This document shows positions 1-8,034 of a DNA stretch of 64,000 nucleotides, one piece after another; position 1 is the first letter of the stretch; the number at the start of each line of letters is the position of its first letter. Origin of the DNA: Myxococcota bacterium (lineage in GTDB: Bacteria > Myxococcota_A > Polyangia > Nannocystales > Nannocystaceae). The DNA is taken from the NCBI GenBank assembly GCA_039028615.1, contig JBCCHT010000009.1, forward strand, positions 128,001 to 192,000, in the 5' to 3' direction. Under the pieces are notes generated by a model. That model ran no database searches. It was not told the DNA's origin and saw only the letters and a program-made list of their open reading frames with translations. The translations under genes and the position numbers were made by a program.

Positions 1-498
1 GCTCGACAAGGCGGCGCGTCTTTGGGCGGCTCGTCGCCGACGTGGAGCGACACGTCCCGCGGCTCGAAGCGATGGTCATGTCGCCGACCGAGATCACCGA
101 GCTCGGTCCAGGGTTCATCGGCAAGTCGATGCGCGAAGTTGAAACCGGTCACGAATCGACGCGCGAGTCTCAGGGGTCGCGACTTCCTGCTGGCTCACGA
201 CGTGCGCCTCGATCCGCTCGCCGAGTCTTCATCATCGTCCACGGTCGCCGCACGGCCGTGACCACGGACGCTCGTTCACCGTCGCGAGTCCAAGGCGTCC
301 CACGTCTTCGAAGAACACCGGCTATTCGTTTCTCGTCGTTCGCGGCCACGGTGGCTCGCACGGCGGGACGGACGCTGGGGCGACCGTTCCTTGACACCCC
401 CGGACTACGGTGGCAGCGTCATTACGGTGGTAGGGCACTCGATGCCGGCGGTCTTTCGGGAGGGCATGCTTCTCGGAAACCGTCGAGAAATTGTCTCC

Positions 499-1389
499 AT
501 GGGGGGCTTGTCGGTTGCTCTGATCGTCGCGTTGGGCGGATGTACGGCCGTCAACCCTGCGTACGGTGTGTCGGAATCCGCGACCGGTGGCGCCGATGGG
601 AGCGGCGGCGCTTCGATGGGCAGCGGCGTCTCGATGGGGCCCGGCACGTCCATGGGCGCCGACGCCTCGATGGGGGGCGGTGGGGCGACCAGCGTCGCGA
701 CTGAACCCCCCGCCGAAGAGGGGGTGGCGACCACAGACGAGCCGAAGTCGGTTTGTGGCGACGGCATGCTGGACGATGGCGAGGAATGCGATGACGGCAA
801 CGATGATCCGCACGACGGATGCATCGCCGATTGCGTGATTCCGAAGTCATGCCTGGAGATCCTCGAAGCGCAGCCGGAGGCCGAAGATGGCGATTTCCTC
901 ATCGCTCCCGTAGACGGAGAGCTGCTCGACGTCCACTGCGACATGACCACGGACGGAGGCGGCTACACGTTCCTTGCGTTCGAGGGCAAGGACTTGATCC
1001 GCACTCAGGACGCGGATGGAATCTGCGCCAGCCTCGGGATGCAGCTATGGATCCCACGAACCGAGGCGCATCGGAATTCGAGCTGCGAGCTGGGCGACCC
1101 CAACGTCATGATGCGCATCATGGGGCTCTACCCTGGTGAAATGGGGGCGGGCTGTCAGGCGCCGATGCACAGCGACAGCCGAGATTGTTACTGGGTCGCA
1201 AGTGATGGCGGGCCGTTCTGGGTCCGCAGCCGACCTCGCGTCGAACCCAATGGAAGCGCGACGATCAACGAGGGCGCCTGGTACGAATGGGACGAGCAAT
1301 GCGAGGTCGTCAACATGGATGACCAGGGAGGCCAGGATCGCAGCACTGGATTCTATTGTGATGTCGGCGACAAGTGGGGGCTGGAGTAG
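499..1389 (+). CDS. Secreted lipoprotein with myxobacterial Cys-rich repeat and fibrinogen-like (YCDxxxxGGGW-type) domain
   Basis: Lipobox-like signal MGGLSVALIVALGGC from ATG 499 (ORF open from 391); CGDGMLDDGEECDDGNDDPHDGC repeat; PKSCLEI...VHCDMTTDGGGYT fibrinogen-like motif. Confidence 0.75.
   Translation: MGGLSVALIVALGGCTAVNPAYGVSESATGGADGSGGASMGSGVSMGPGTSMGADASMGGGGATSVATEPPAEEGVATTDEPKSVCGDGMLDDGEECDDGNDDPHDGCIADCVIPKSCLEILEAQPEAEDGDFLIAPVDGELLDVHCDMTTDGGGYTFLAFEGKDLIRTQDADGICASLGMQLWIPRTEAHRNSSCELGDPNVMMRIMGLYPGEMGAGCQAPMHSDSRDCYWVASDGGPFWVRSRPRVEPNGSATINEGAWYEWDEQCEVVNMDDQGGQDRSTGFYCDVGDKWGLE
613..684 (+). repeat. Four imperfect 18-bp tandem repeats encoding S-M-G-x-x-x linker
   Basis: TC(G/C)ATGGG recurs at 613, 631, 649, 667 (period 18). 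Confidence 0.7.
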
Positions 1390-1463
1390 CGGGGCGCCGA
1401 ACGGAGCGATGGTGAATCTGGGCCGCTGTCGAGCAGCCGCCGCGCCACGCTAGACTCCGGCCG

Positions 1464-2522
1464 ATGACCAGCGGGATCGTTCGTGGGCGCGGCGTGATCC
1501 GAGAGCGTGGTGTTCGAGAGGGCTGCGCGTCAGCCTTCGCTCGTCTTGCCTTCGTGCTCGCGGCGACCTCGGTTGCGTGCGCGTCCGAACCGGCACCGAC
1601 GGCCCCCGCGGAGGAGGTGGTCCTGCCGCAGGCTCCCGTGCCGGGCAGCAGTGGAGCGCCGACGACCGATAGTGAGGCGGAGCCGGCCTCCGCAGATTCG
1701 GCCATCGAGGCTCCCGCGGAGGATGAAGACCGGGCCGACTACCAGCGCGACGACGTCGATCGCAGCAAGGCCGTCGTCGTTCCCTTCGCGGTCCGCGACT
1801 CCACGATCCCGATCGAAGTGACGCTGGATGGCCCGGGGGGTCCGGCGGCGGCCAACTACCTGTTCGACACCGGCGCTTCGTTCATGACGGTCTCGACCGC
1901 GATGGCTCGTCGCATCGGGCTGGAGATCCCACCCGATGCTCCCACGCTCGAATTTCGTATGGCGACGGGAACCTTCACGCATTCGTTGGTGCGGTTGCCC
2001 GCGCTCGAAGTAGGGGCGACGCGACTCGAAAAAGTGCTCGTGTCGGTCTGCGACACCTGCGTCGAAGAGCGAGCCGGCATCGACGGCTTGCTGGGAGGCA
2101 ATGTCATTCGGGAGTTTCTGGTCGAGATGGACTATCGCGACGGAAACTTGGTGCTCCTGCCCTGGACGACAGTCAGAGACAACCGAGCCGGGGACCTGGA
2201 GGTCATGGTCCGACTCAGCGTCGAAGGCACGCCCTCGATGTTGCTCGGGGCCGTGGACTGGTCCGTGAAGGTCGAGAACATGTCGCCCCATCCCATGGCG
2301 GAGCTGAGGCCGGTGGTGGAGTTCGACGGCGGCGTTCGTCTCGTGGGGACCACCATCGAGCACATACCGCCGCGGGGGGTGGCATCATCGAAGGTCGAAG
2401 GACGGGCCCGTGAATGGGGCACGGACTCGAGCCCCATCCGCTACACGCTGGGGCTCGAACACGGTCGCTGGGCATCCGATCCGTCGCCGGACTCGAAGGC
2501 GGCTGCCGACCCCAGCCGCTAG
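1464..2522 (+). CDS. Retropepsin-like aspartic protease, probable lipoprotein
   Basis: YLFDTGAS catalytic motif, GLLGGNVI motif, signal ending VAC; exact start uncertain. Confidence 0.8.
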   Translation: MTSGIVRGRGVIRERGVREGCASAFARLAFVLAATSVACASEPAPTAPAEEVVLPQAPVPGSSGAPTTDSEAEPASADSAIEAPAEDEDRADYQRDDVDRSKAVVVPFAVRDSTIPIEVTLDGPGGPAAANYLFDTGASFMTVSTAMARRIGLEIPPDAPTLEFRMATGTFTHSLVRLPALEVGATRLEKVLVSVCDTCVEERAGIDGLLGGNVIREFLVEMDYRDGNLVLLPWTTVRDNRAGDLEVMVRLSVEGTPSMLLGAVDWSVKVENMSPHPMAELRPVVEFDGGVRLVGTTIEHIPPRGVASSKVEGRAREWGTDSSPIRYTLGLEHGRWASDPSPDSKAAADPSR

Positions 2523-2833
2523 AGGTACACGAACAGCCAGTTGCAGAGCCAAAGCGTCACCATACCGCCACCGAGGGTGAGCGCTACGCTGCGGGTGTAC
2601 CAGGCGATGAGCACGGCGACGATGGCGGGCACGAGGCGCTCGGGCGGAGGCCCGCCCACGGCGTCGTGGGGCAGCAGGGTCGACGCCACCAGCAAGGGCA
2701 GGACGGCAGCGGGGACCCGCTGGAGCACTCGATCGGCGCGGGTGGCCTCGGACGAGCGCGGGATGAGGAACATGGAAAGCCGCAGGGCGAAGGTGGCGAG
2801 CCCCACGAGGACGATGGTGAAAAGGACGGTCAT
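2519..2833 (-). CDS. azlD: AzlD-family branched-chain amino acid exporter small subunit
   Basis: MTVLFTIVLVGLATFALRLS..VPAAVLPLLV hydrophobic pattern; overlaps azlC stop. Confidence 0.8.
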   Translation of the reverse strand: MTVLFTIVLVGLATFALRLSMFLIPRSSEATRADRVLQRVPAAVLPLLVASTLLPHDAVGGPPPERLVPAIVAVLIAWYTRSVALTLGGGMVTLWLCNWLFVYL

Positions 2834-3510
2834 CGTTCGCGATCCAGGAATGCACCGACGGCGAGGCCGACGGCCACGGCGGTCATGAGACGAAAGGAGG
2901 CGGGCAGCCCCGAGACCAGGAAGTAGGTGCACAGCGACGCGGCGGCGGTGGCCAGGTTGGTGCGCCCGCGACAGGCGGGGACGGCGAGGGCGATGAACGC
3001 CAACGGGGCGGCAAAATCGACGCCGAGGGCCGGGGGGGCGCCCATGCCCACCGTGGCCCCGACCACCGTGCCGAGCTGCCATGCGCACCACAGCGTCAGG
3101 CCGACGCCGAGGTAGAACGCGGTGTCGTGGGTATGGCCCTCGGGCTCTTCGTGGCGGGCCACGGTGAGCGCGTAGGCGTGGTCGGTGAGCAGGTACGCGA
3201 GCCCGAGCTTGCGTAGCAGGGAGTGCCCGCTGAAGGCTCGGGACAGCCCCGCGCTATAGAGCACGAGCCGCGAGTTGATGACCACGGCGACCAAGACGAG
3301 CATGCCGATCGAGGCCCCGGTGGTCGAAAGCTCGAGCACCGCGAGCTGAGCCGCCCCCGCGAAGACGCCGATGGACATGAACGCGGCTTGCAGCGGGGAC
3401 CAGCCGGCCTCGGTGGCGGCGATGCCCGCCGCGATGCCGAAGGGGAAGGCCCCGGCCGCGAGCGCGAGGCTGCGTCGAACCCCCTGCCAGGCTGCTTGGC
3501 GGGCGTTCAC
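2830..3510 (-). CDS. azlC: AzlC-family amino acid exporter permease
   Basis: PFGIAAG, VFAGAAQL, INSRLVLYS, YLLTDHAYA motifs. Confidence 0.9.
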   Translation of the reverse strand: MNARQAAWQGVRRSLALAAGAFPFGIAAGIAATEAGWSPLQAAFMSIGVFAGAAQLAVLELSTTGASIGMLVLVAVVINSRLVLYSAGLSRAFSGHSLLRKLGLAYLLTDHAYALTVARHEEPEGHTHDTAFYLGVGLTLWCAWQLGTVVGATVGMGAPPALGVDFAAPLAFIALAVPACRGRTNLATAAASLCTYFLVSGLPASFRLMTAVAVGLAVGAFLDRER

Positions 3511-4448
3511 AGCGTCAGCTCCATCATGAGGTCGCCGCGATCGTACTTGGGGTGAGGACCGCTATGGGTGACCCGGAAGCCGTGCTTGCGATAGAGGTTG
3601 ATCGCGGGGACGAGCTTGGAGTTGGTGACCAGGTGCAGCTTGGGCAGGCCGAGCTCACGCGCGCGCTCGATGGCGGCCCGCAGCAGCTTCACGCCGATGC
3701 GGCGGCCCTGCCACCGTTCGGTGACCGCCATCTTGGTCAGCTCGCAGGACTCGCCCTCTCGCTGCAGGGCGCAGGTACCCACGATCTGGTCGTCGACCCG
3801 CGCGAAGAGGATGGCCCCGCCGTCGCGGACGAGCACCGAGGGGTCGGCAAAGAGCTCTTCGTCGATGGGCTCGACCGTGAAGTACTTGTCCAGCCACTCG
3901 ATGTTGAGCCGGCTGAAGTGATCGGCGAGGGCGGGGTCGAAGTCGACGATCTCGACGGTGTCGAGCATGCGTCGGCGCTGGCGATCGGACACGCGCTCGC
4001 TGAGGCTCTGCACGGCCAGCGCGCTCTCGAGGCCCTGGACGGCGGCGAGGACGTCGACGCCGCCGTAGTCGACGGCGTCGCGCAGGCTCGACTCGATGTC
4101 GTCCCATAGCTCGCGCAGCCGCGGAAGCATGGCGACGCCGGCCTCGGACAAGGACAGCAGGCGGCGGCGCTCGTCGTCGGCATCGCGCGAGGCTTCGATG
4201 AGGCCGCGCTCGAGCAAGCGCTTGGCGGTCTGACTGACGGCGGCGTGGGTGAGCCCCAGCTCGCGCGCGCACTCGCCCACCGTCAGCTCGCCGCGATCGG
4301 CCAGTACCCGAAAGACGGGGAACCACCGCGGCTCGAAGCGCACCTCGGCGCCCCGGTACACGATCACGCCGCTGCTCATGATGCGGTCGCTCAGGCGACG
4401 CAGGCGGCTGCCGAGCGCGAGGAGGCCCAGGTCATCGATAAAATCCAT
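3507..4448 (-). CDS. Bifunctional MarR-type HTH regulator / GNAT N-acetyltransferase
   Basis: N-terminal LGSRLRRLSDR..HAAVSQTAKRL..DERRR wHTH; C-terminal ELTKMAV..QGRRIG..AINLYRKHGF GNAT motifs. Confidence 0.9.
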   Translation of the reverse strand: MDFIDDLGLLALGSRLRRLSDRIMSSGVIVYRGAEVRFEPRWFPVFRVLADRGELTVGECARELGLTHAAVSQTAKRLLERGLIEASRDADDERRRLLSLSEAGVAMLPRLRELWDDIESSLRDAVDYGGVDVLAAVQGLESALAVQSLSERVSDRQRRRMLDTVEIVDFDPALADHFSRLNIEWLDKYFTVEPIDEELFADPSVLVRDGGAILFARVDDQIVGTCALQREGESCELTKMAVTERWQGRRIGVKLLRAAIERARELGLPKLHLVTNSKLVPAINLYRKHGFRVTHSGPHPKYDRGDLMMELTL

Positions 4449-4459
4449 CGTGAATGACT

Positions 4460-4477
4460 TCCGTTAGTGCTTACGGA
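4460..4477. promoter_or_regulatory. Near-palindromic operator candidate upstream of the MarR-GNAT gene
   Basis: TCCGTTAGTGCTTACGGA, 11 bp upstream of the start codon in an AT-rich gap. Confidence 0.55.
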
Positions 4478-4520
4478 GTTAATAACGCAAAAGGAAAGAA
4501 GCGCCAGAAACTCCATGAGT

Positions 4521-4544
4521 GACCGGAATTAGACCATTCCGGTC
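4521..4544 (-). terminator. Stem-loop downstream of the Cys-repeat gene (terminator or protein-binding site)
   Basis: GACCGGAAT-N6-ATTCCGGTC perfect inverted repeat about 27 bp after the stop at 4572; no strong U tract. Confidence 0.45.
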
Positions 4545-4571
4545 GCTAATGAACAGCGGGGGACGCGCCGA

Positions 4572-6725
4572 TTACGGGATGGGGCCCGGGAAGCAGTCGC
4601 CGCCGACGCAGCAGAACTCGGTGAGGATCGTGCAGTCCGGGAGGCACACGAGCATGCCTTGGCTGCCCGCGCCCTGGGACGAGCAGGTCTCGCCGTCGAA
4701 GTCGGTGCCGTCGCACTCTTCGCTGCCTTCTTGCACCCCGTTGCCGCACTGGTGGCAGCTGCTGGTGTTGAAGTCACAGCTCGCCGTGCACGACAGGCTC
4801 CCGCCCGTGAAGCCTTGGCCGACGCAGGTGGCACCGCCCAGGTTGCCGCCGTCACAGTCTTCGCCGGCGTTGATGGCCCCGTCGCCGCACTCGTAGCAGT
4901 TCGAGGTGACGAGGTTGCAGCTGCCGTTGCACGACAGGCTGCCGCCGTCGAAGCCCTGACCCACGCAGGTGTTGCCGCCGAGGTTGGCCGAGTCGCATTG
5001 CTCGCCCGGGTTCACGTCGCCATCGCCACACTCGTAGCACGCCGAGGTGTTGTAGGTGCAGCTACCCGTGCAGCCGAGCGGGCCGCCGTCGAAGCCGAGC
5101 GAGCCGCAGCTGCCGGTCCCGAGGTCGGAGCCGTCGCACTGCTCGCCGCTGTCGAGGTTGCCGTCGCCGCACTCGAAGCACGCGCTGGTGTCGAAGGTGC
5201 ACGAGCCGGAGCACAGCAGCGAGCCGCCGTCGAAGCCCTGGCCGGCGCAGGTGTTGCCGCCCAAGTTGCCGCCGTCGCAGCTCTCGCCCGGGTCGATGCT
5301 CCCGTCGCCGCACTCGTAGCAGGCGGAGGTGTCGAGGTTGCACGAGCCGGTGCACCCCAGCGTGCCGCCGTCGAAGCCGGCGCTGCCGCAGGTGTTGCCG
5401 CCGAGGTTGGTGCCGTCGCACTGCTCACCGGGGTCGACGCTGCCGTCGCCACAGCCCGCGCCCTCGCACGACCCGGTGTCGTAGGTGCAGGTGGGCGAGC
5501 AGCCCAAGGTACCGCTGAAGAAGCCCAGGCTCTGGCAGGTGGCGCCGCCCAGGTCGAGCTGGTCGCACTGCTCGCTGCCGTCGATGGCCCCGTTGCCGCA
5601 GTCGCTACAGCCGGTGGCGTCGAGGCTGCAGGTGGGCGTACACGCCAGCGAGCCGCCCGTGAAGCCCAGATCTTGGCAGGTGGCGCCGCCGAGGTCGTCG
5701 GCGTCGCAGTCCTCGCTGCCGGTCGCGACTCCGTCGCCGCAGGCCGAGCACTCGCTCGAATCGAAGCTGCACTCGGCCGTGCACTGGAGCGCGCCGTCGT
5801 CGAAGCCGAGGTCCTGGCAGGTGGTGCCGCCCAGGTCGGCGCCGTCGCAGTCTTCACCCGGGTCCTGGGTCGCGTCGCCACACGCCGCGCAGCCGTCGGT
5901 GTCGAAGTTGCAGCCCTTGGTGCACTGGAGCACGCCGCCGTCGAAGCCCTGGCTCTCGCAGGTCTCGGCGCCGACGTTGCCGGGCTCGCAGTCCTCGGGC
6001 GGCATGATCGTCCCGTCGCCACAGGCACTGCAGGCCGAGTAGTCGTGGCGACACTCGGCATCGCAGCCGAGCGGCTCGGTCACCTCGCCCAGGTTGACGT
6101 CGGCACAGGTCGAGTTGGCTCCGAGATCCGCGCCGTCGCACTGCTCGTCGCCATCGATGGCCCCGTTGCCGCACTGCGTGCAGTTGGTGGTTTCGAAGGT
6201 GCAGTCGGCCGCGCACGAGAGCGCCCCTCCGGCGAAGCCGATGGAGCCGCACTCGGCATCGGCCAGGTCGGCGCCGTCGCAGTCCTCGCCTTCTTCGGCG
6301 ATGCCGTTGCCGCACTCGGGAGGATCGGGGGGCAGCTGGGGCCCGTCGTCGCCCGACTCGCCGGAGTCCCCGTCCCCCGTCTCGGCGCCGTCGTCCAGCG
6401 GGACGCAGAAGTTGGCCAGCCCCACCACCGCCGCCGCGCCGTAGCGCTGGCCCGAGGCGCAGTTGTCGTCGGGGACGCTACAGTAGCCCGTGTCCTGGCA
6501 GACCCCGGTGGCGCCGCCCTGGAAGCACTGCTCGTTGGTCTGGCACTGGAAGTTGGTGGTGGTGCGGCAGCCGGCCGCCGTCAGCAAACCGAGGGTGAAT
6601 CCGAGCCAAGGGCTCTGCCATTTCCAGCGTCTGCGATCGACCCCCACCGCGGCCAGAGTAACGTGCGCACCGCGGACTCGCCACATCGATCGGCGGTCCG
6701 ACGGACGCGTCGTATTCGTGCGCAC
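4572..6725 (-). CDS. Large Cys-rich repeat lipoprotein (12 tandem ~47-aa six-Cys repeats)
   Basis: Lipobox LLTAAGC; repeats CG(D/N)G....E.CDG.(D/N)LGG.TC...GF.GG.L.C...C..DTS.C; true start probably downstream of 6725. Confidence 0.85.
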   Translation of the reverse strand: MRTNTTRPSDRRSMWRVRGAHVTLAAVGVDRRRWKWQSPWLGFTLGLLTAAGCRTTTNFQCQTNEQCFQGGATGVCQDTGYCSVPDDNCASGQRYGAAAVVGLANFCVPLDDGAETGDGDSGESGDDGPQLPPDPPECGNGIAEEGEDCDGADLADAECGSIGFAGGALSCAADCTFETTNCTQCGNGAIDGDEQCDGADLGANSTCADVNLGEVTEPLGCDAECRHDYSACSACGDGTIMPPEDCEPGNVGAETCESQGFDGGVLQCTKGCNFDTDGCAACGDATQDPGEDCDGADLGGTTCQDLGFDDGALQCTAECSFDSSECSACGDGVATGSEDCDADDLGGATCQDLGFTGGSLACTPTCSLDATGCSDCGNGAIDGSEQCDQLDLGGATCQSLGFFSGTLGCSPTCTYDTGSCEGAGCGDGSVDPGEQCDGTNLGGNTCGSAGFDGGTLGCTGSCNLDTSACYECGDGSIDPGESCDGGNLGGNTCAGQGFDGGSLLCSGSCTFDTSACFECGDGNLDSGEQCDGSDLGTGSCGSLGFDGGPLGCTGSCTYNTSACYECGDGDVNPGEQCDSANLGGNTCVGQGFDGGSLSCNGSCNLVTSNCYECGDGAINAGEDCDGGNLGGATCVGQGFTGGSLSCTASCDFNTSSCHQCGNGVQEGSEECDGTDFDGETCSSQGAGSQGMLVCLPDCTILTEFCCVGGDCFPGPIP
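4600..6315 (-). repeat. Intragenic tandem array of ~141-bp units
   Basis: Twelve CG(D/N)G-initiated units counted in the translation; recurring DNA such as gccgccgtcgaagcc and gccgcactcgtagca. Confidence 0.85.
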
Positions 6726-6774
6726 GCCTCTTTCTCTGGCCGAGACGTGCGCACGAGCGCAGGGCGATTTTCGC

Positions 6775-7008
6775 CTAGCGGTGCTCGAAACAGTCCCGGT
6801 CGGGATGGCACGCCTCGGGCACGCACAGCGAGTGATCGGGACCGGTCACGAACTGAGTGCGCAGGCAGTGGTAGCTGCTCGAGCGGCTGGTGACGTACGC
6901 GTCCGGTGTCTCCTGGCCGTAGACGTGCAGCGCTTTCGTTCGCAAGTGGCGGCAGACGGGGGTCCCGGCCTCGAGGTGGTGGCGGCTGTGCTCGTCGAAA
7001 GTGGGCAT
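6775..7008 (-). CDS. Small Cys/His-rich hypothetical protein (77 aa), last gene of the molybdoenzyme operon
   Basis: TAGGAG RBS overlapping the upstream stop, 12-bp gap; 5 Cys and 9 His; CRHLRTK..YHCLRT..GPD..C..EAC..R.C. Confidence 0.75.
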   Translation of the reverse strand: MPTFDEHSRHHLEAGTPVCRHLRTKALHVYGQETPDAYVTSRSSSYHCLRTQFVTGPDHSLCVPEACHPDRDCFEHR

Positions 7009-7020
7009 GGCGGGTCGCTC

Positions 7021-8034
7021 CTACTCGGGCAATGGAATGTCGGTGGCGTGGTGAAGGGCTTCGCGGAGCAGCCCCTGCACCAGCGGGACCTTGTAGCCGT
7101 TGCCCTCGAGGGGCTGGGCGGGCGCGGTGGCGGCCTCGGCTGCGCGAGCGAACAGCTCGGCACTGGGGGCCTGACCCTCGAGCGCGGACTCGGCCTCGGC
7201 ACTCCGCCACGGAACGGGGGCCACATGCCCCAATCCCACCCGAACGTCGCGGAGCGTGCCCCCCTCGAGGCGCAGGCGAACGCTCGCCTCGGCCAGCGGC
7301 CAGTCCTGCGACTGCTTTTCCTTGGCGGTGGCGTAGGCGGAGCGCTGCTGCTTGCCCGGCGCCGGCAGGTGCACCGAGAGCAACACCTCGCCCGCCTTCA
7401 GGCTGTGCTCGCGCATCGGGTCGACCGTCGGCCCGATGAAGAGCTTTTCGATCGGCATGCGCCGGGTCTTGCCGCCCGGGCTCCACACCTCGATCTCGGC
7501 ATCGAGGGCCACCAGCGGTGAACCCAGGCTCGAGGGGTGCACGATGTAGCTGGGGCCGCCGCCGAGGATCGCGTGGTAGCGATGGTCGCCGGTCAGGGCG
7601 AGGCACATGTCGCCGCCCTTTTTGAGGCACACGAGGTCGGAGTGGCGGTAGTACCAGCAGCGCGGTCGCTGCAGCAGGTTGCCGCCCACGGTGGCCGCGT
7701 TGCGGATGCCCGGCGTGGCCGCGATGCCGGCCGCCTGGGCCACGGCCCGGAACGCGTCGGGCAGGGCATCGAAGCCGCTGAGCTGGCCCAGGGTGACCAA
7801 GGCCCCGATACGCAGGCTGCCGTCGGAGCCGGACTCGATGCCCCGCAGGGCCTTGCCCTCTTCGCCGCCGATGGCGTGCAGCTCGACCAGCTCGTCGGGG
7901 GCGTCGAGGCCCTCTTTCATGCGGTCGATGAGGTCGATGCCGCCCGCACGAAACACGCGGGCGTCGTCGCGGGCGGTGACCCGTGCGCTGGCGTCTTGGA
8001 GCGTGGGCACGCGAACGATGGAGAAGCGGTTCAT
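7021..8034 (-). CDS. Xanthine dehydrogenase family FAD-binding subunit (PaoB/YagS-like)
   Basis: AGGIDLIDRMK, IRNAATVGGNLLQRPRCWYYR, NGYKVPL; ATGA overlap with the Mo subunit. Confidence 0.92.
   Translation of the reverse strand: MNRFSIVRVPTLQDASARVTARDDARVFRAGGIDLIDRMKEGLDAPDELVELHAIGGEEGKALRGIESGSDGSLRIGALVTLGQLSGFDALPDAFRAVAQAAGIAATPGIRNAATVGGNLLQRPRCWYYRHSDLVCLKKGGDMCLALTGDHRYHAILGGGPSYIVHPSSLGSPLVALDAEIEVWSPGGKTRRMPIEKLFIGPTVDPMREHSLKAGEVLLSVHLPAPGKQQRSAYATAKEKQSQDWPLAEASVRLRLEGGTLRDVRVGLGHVAPVPWRSAEAESALEGQAPSAELFARAAEAATAPAQPLEGNGYKVPLVQGLLREALHHATDIPLPE

Noticed and set aside
1..390. ORF 42..704 and other frames at the window start
   Set aside because: The first ~150 bp on the + strand look coding-like and may be the end of an upstream gene, but the frame runs into low-complexity Arg-rich sequence overlapping the next gene; no product can be supported
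4600..6315. Regular repeats as a possible CRISPR array or mobile repeat
   Set aside because: Units are ~141-bp in-frame degenerate coding repeats with no identical repeat/unique spacer structure and no cas genes
4659..6893. Long antisense ORFs (also 8442..10460, 11985..13802, 13471..15606, 24268..25779, 30559..32352)
   Set aside because: Shadow ORFs opposite well-supported genes, expected in high-GC DNA; no motifs
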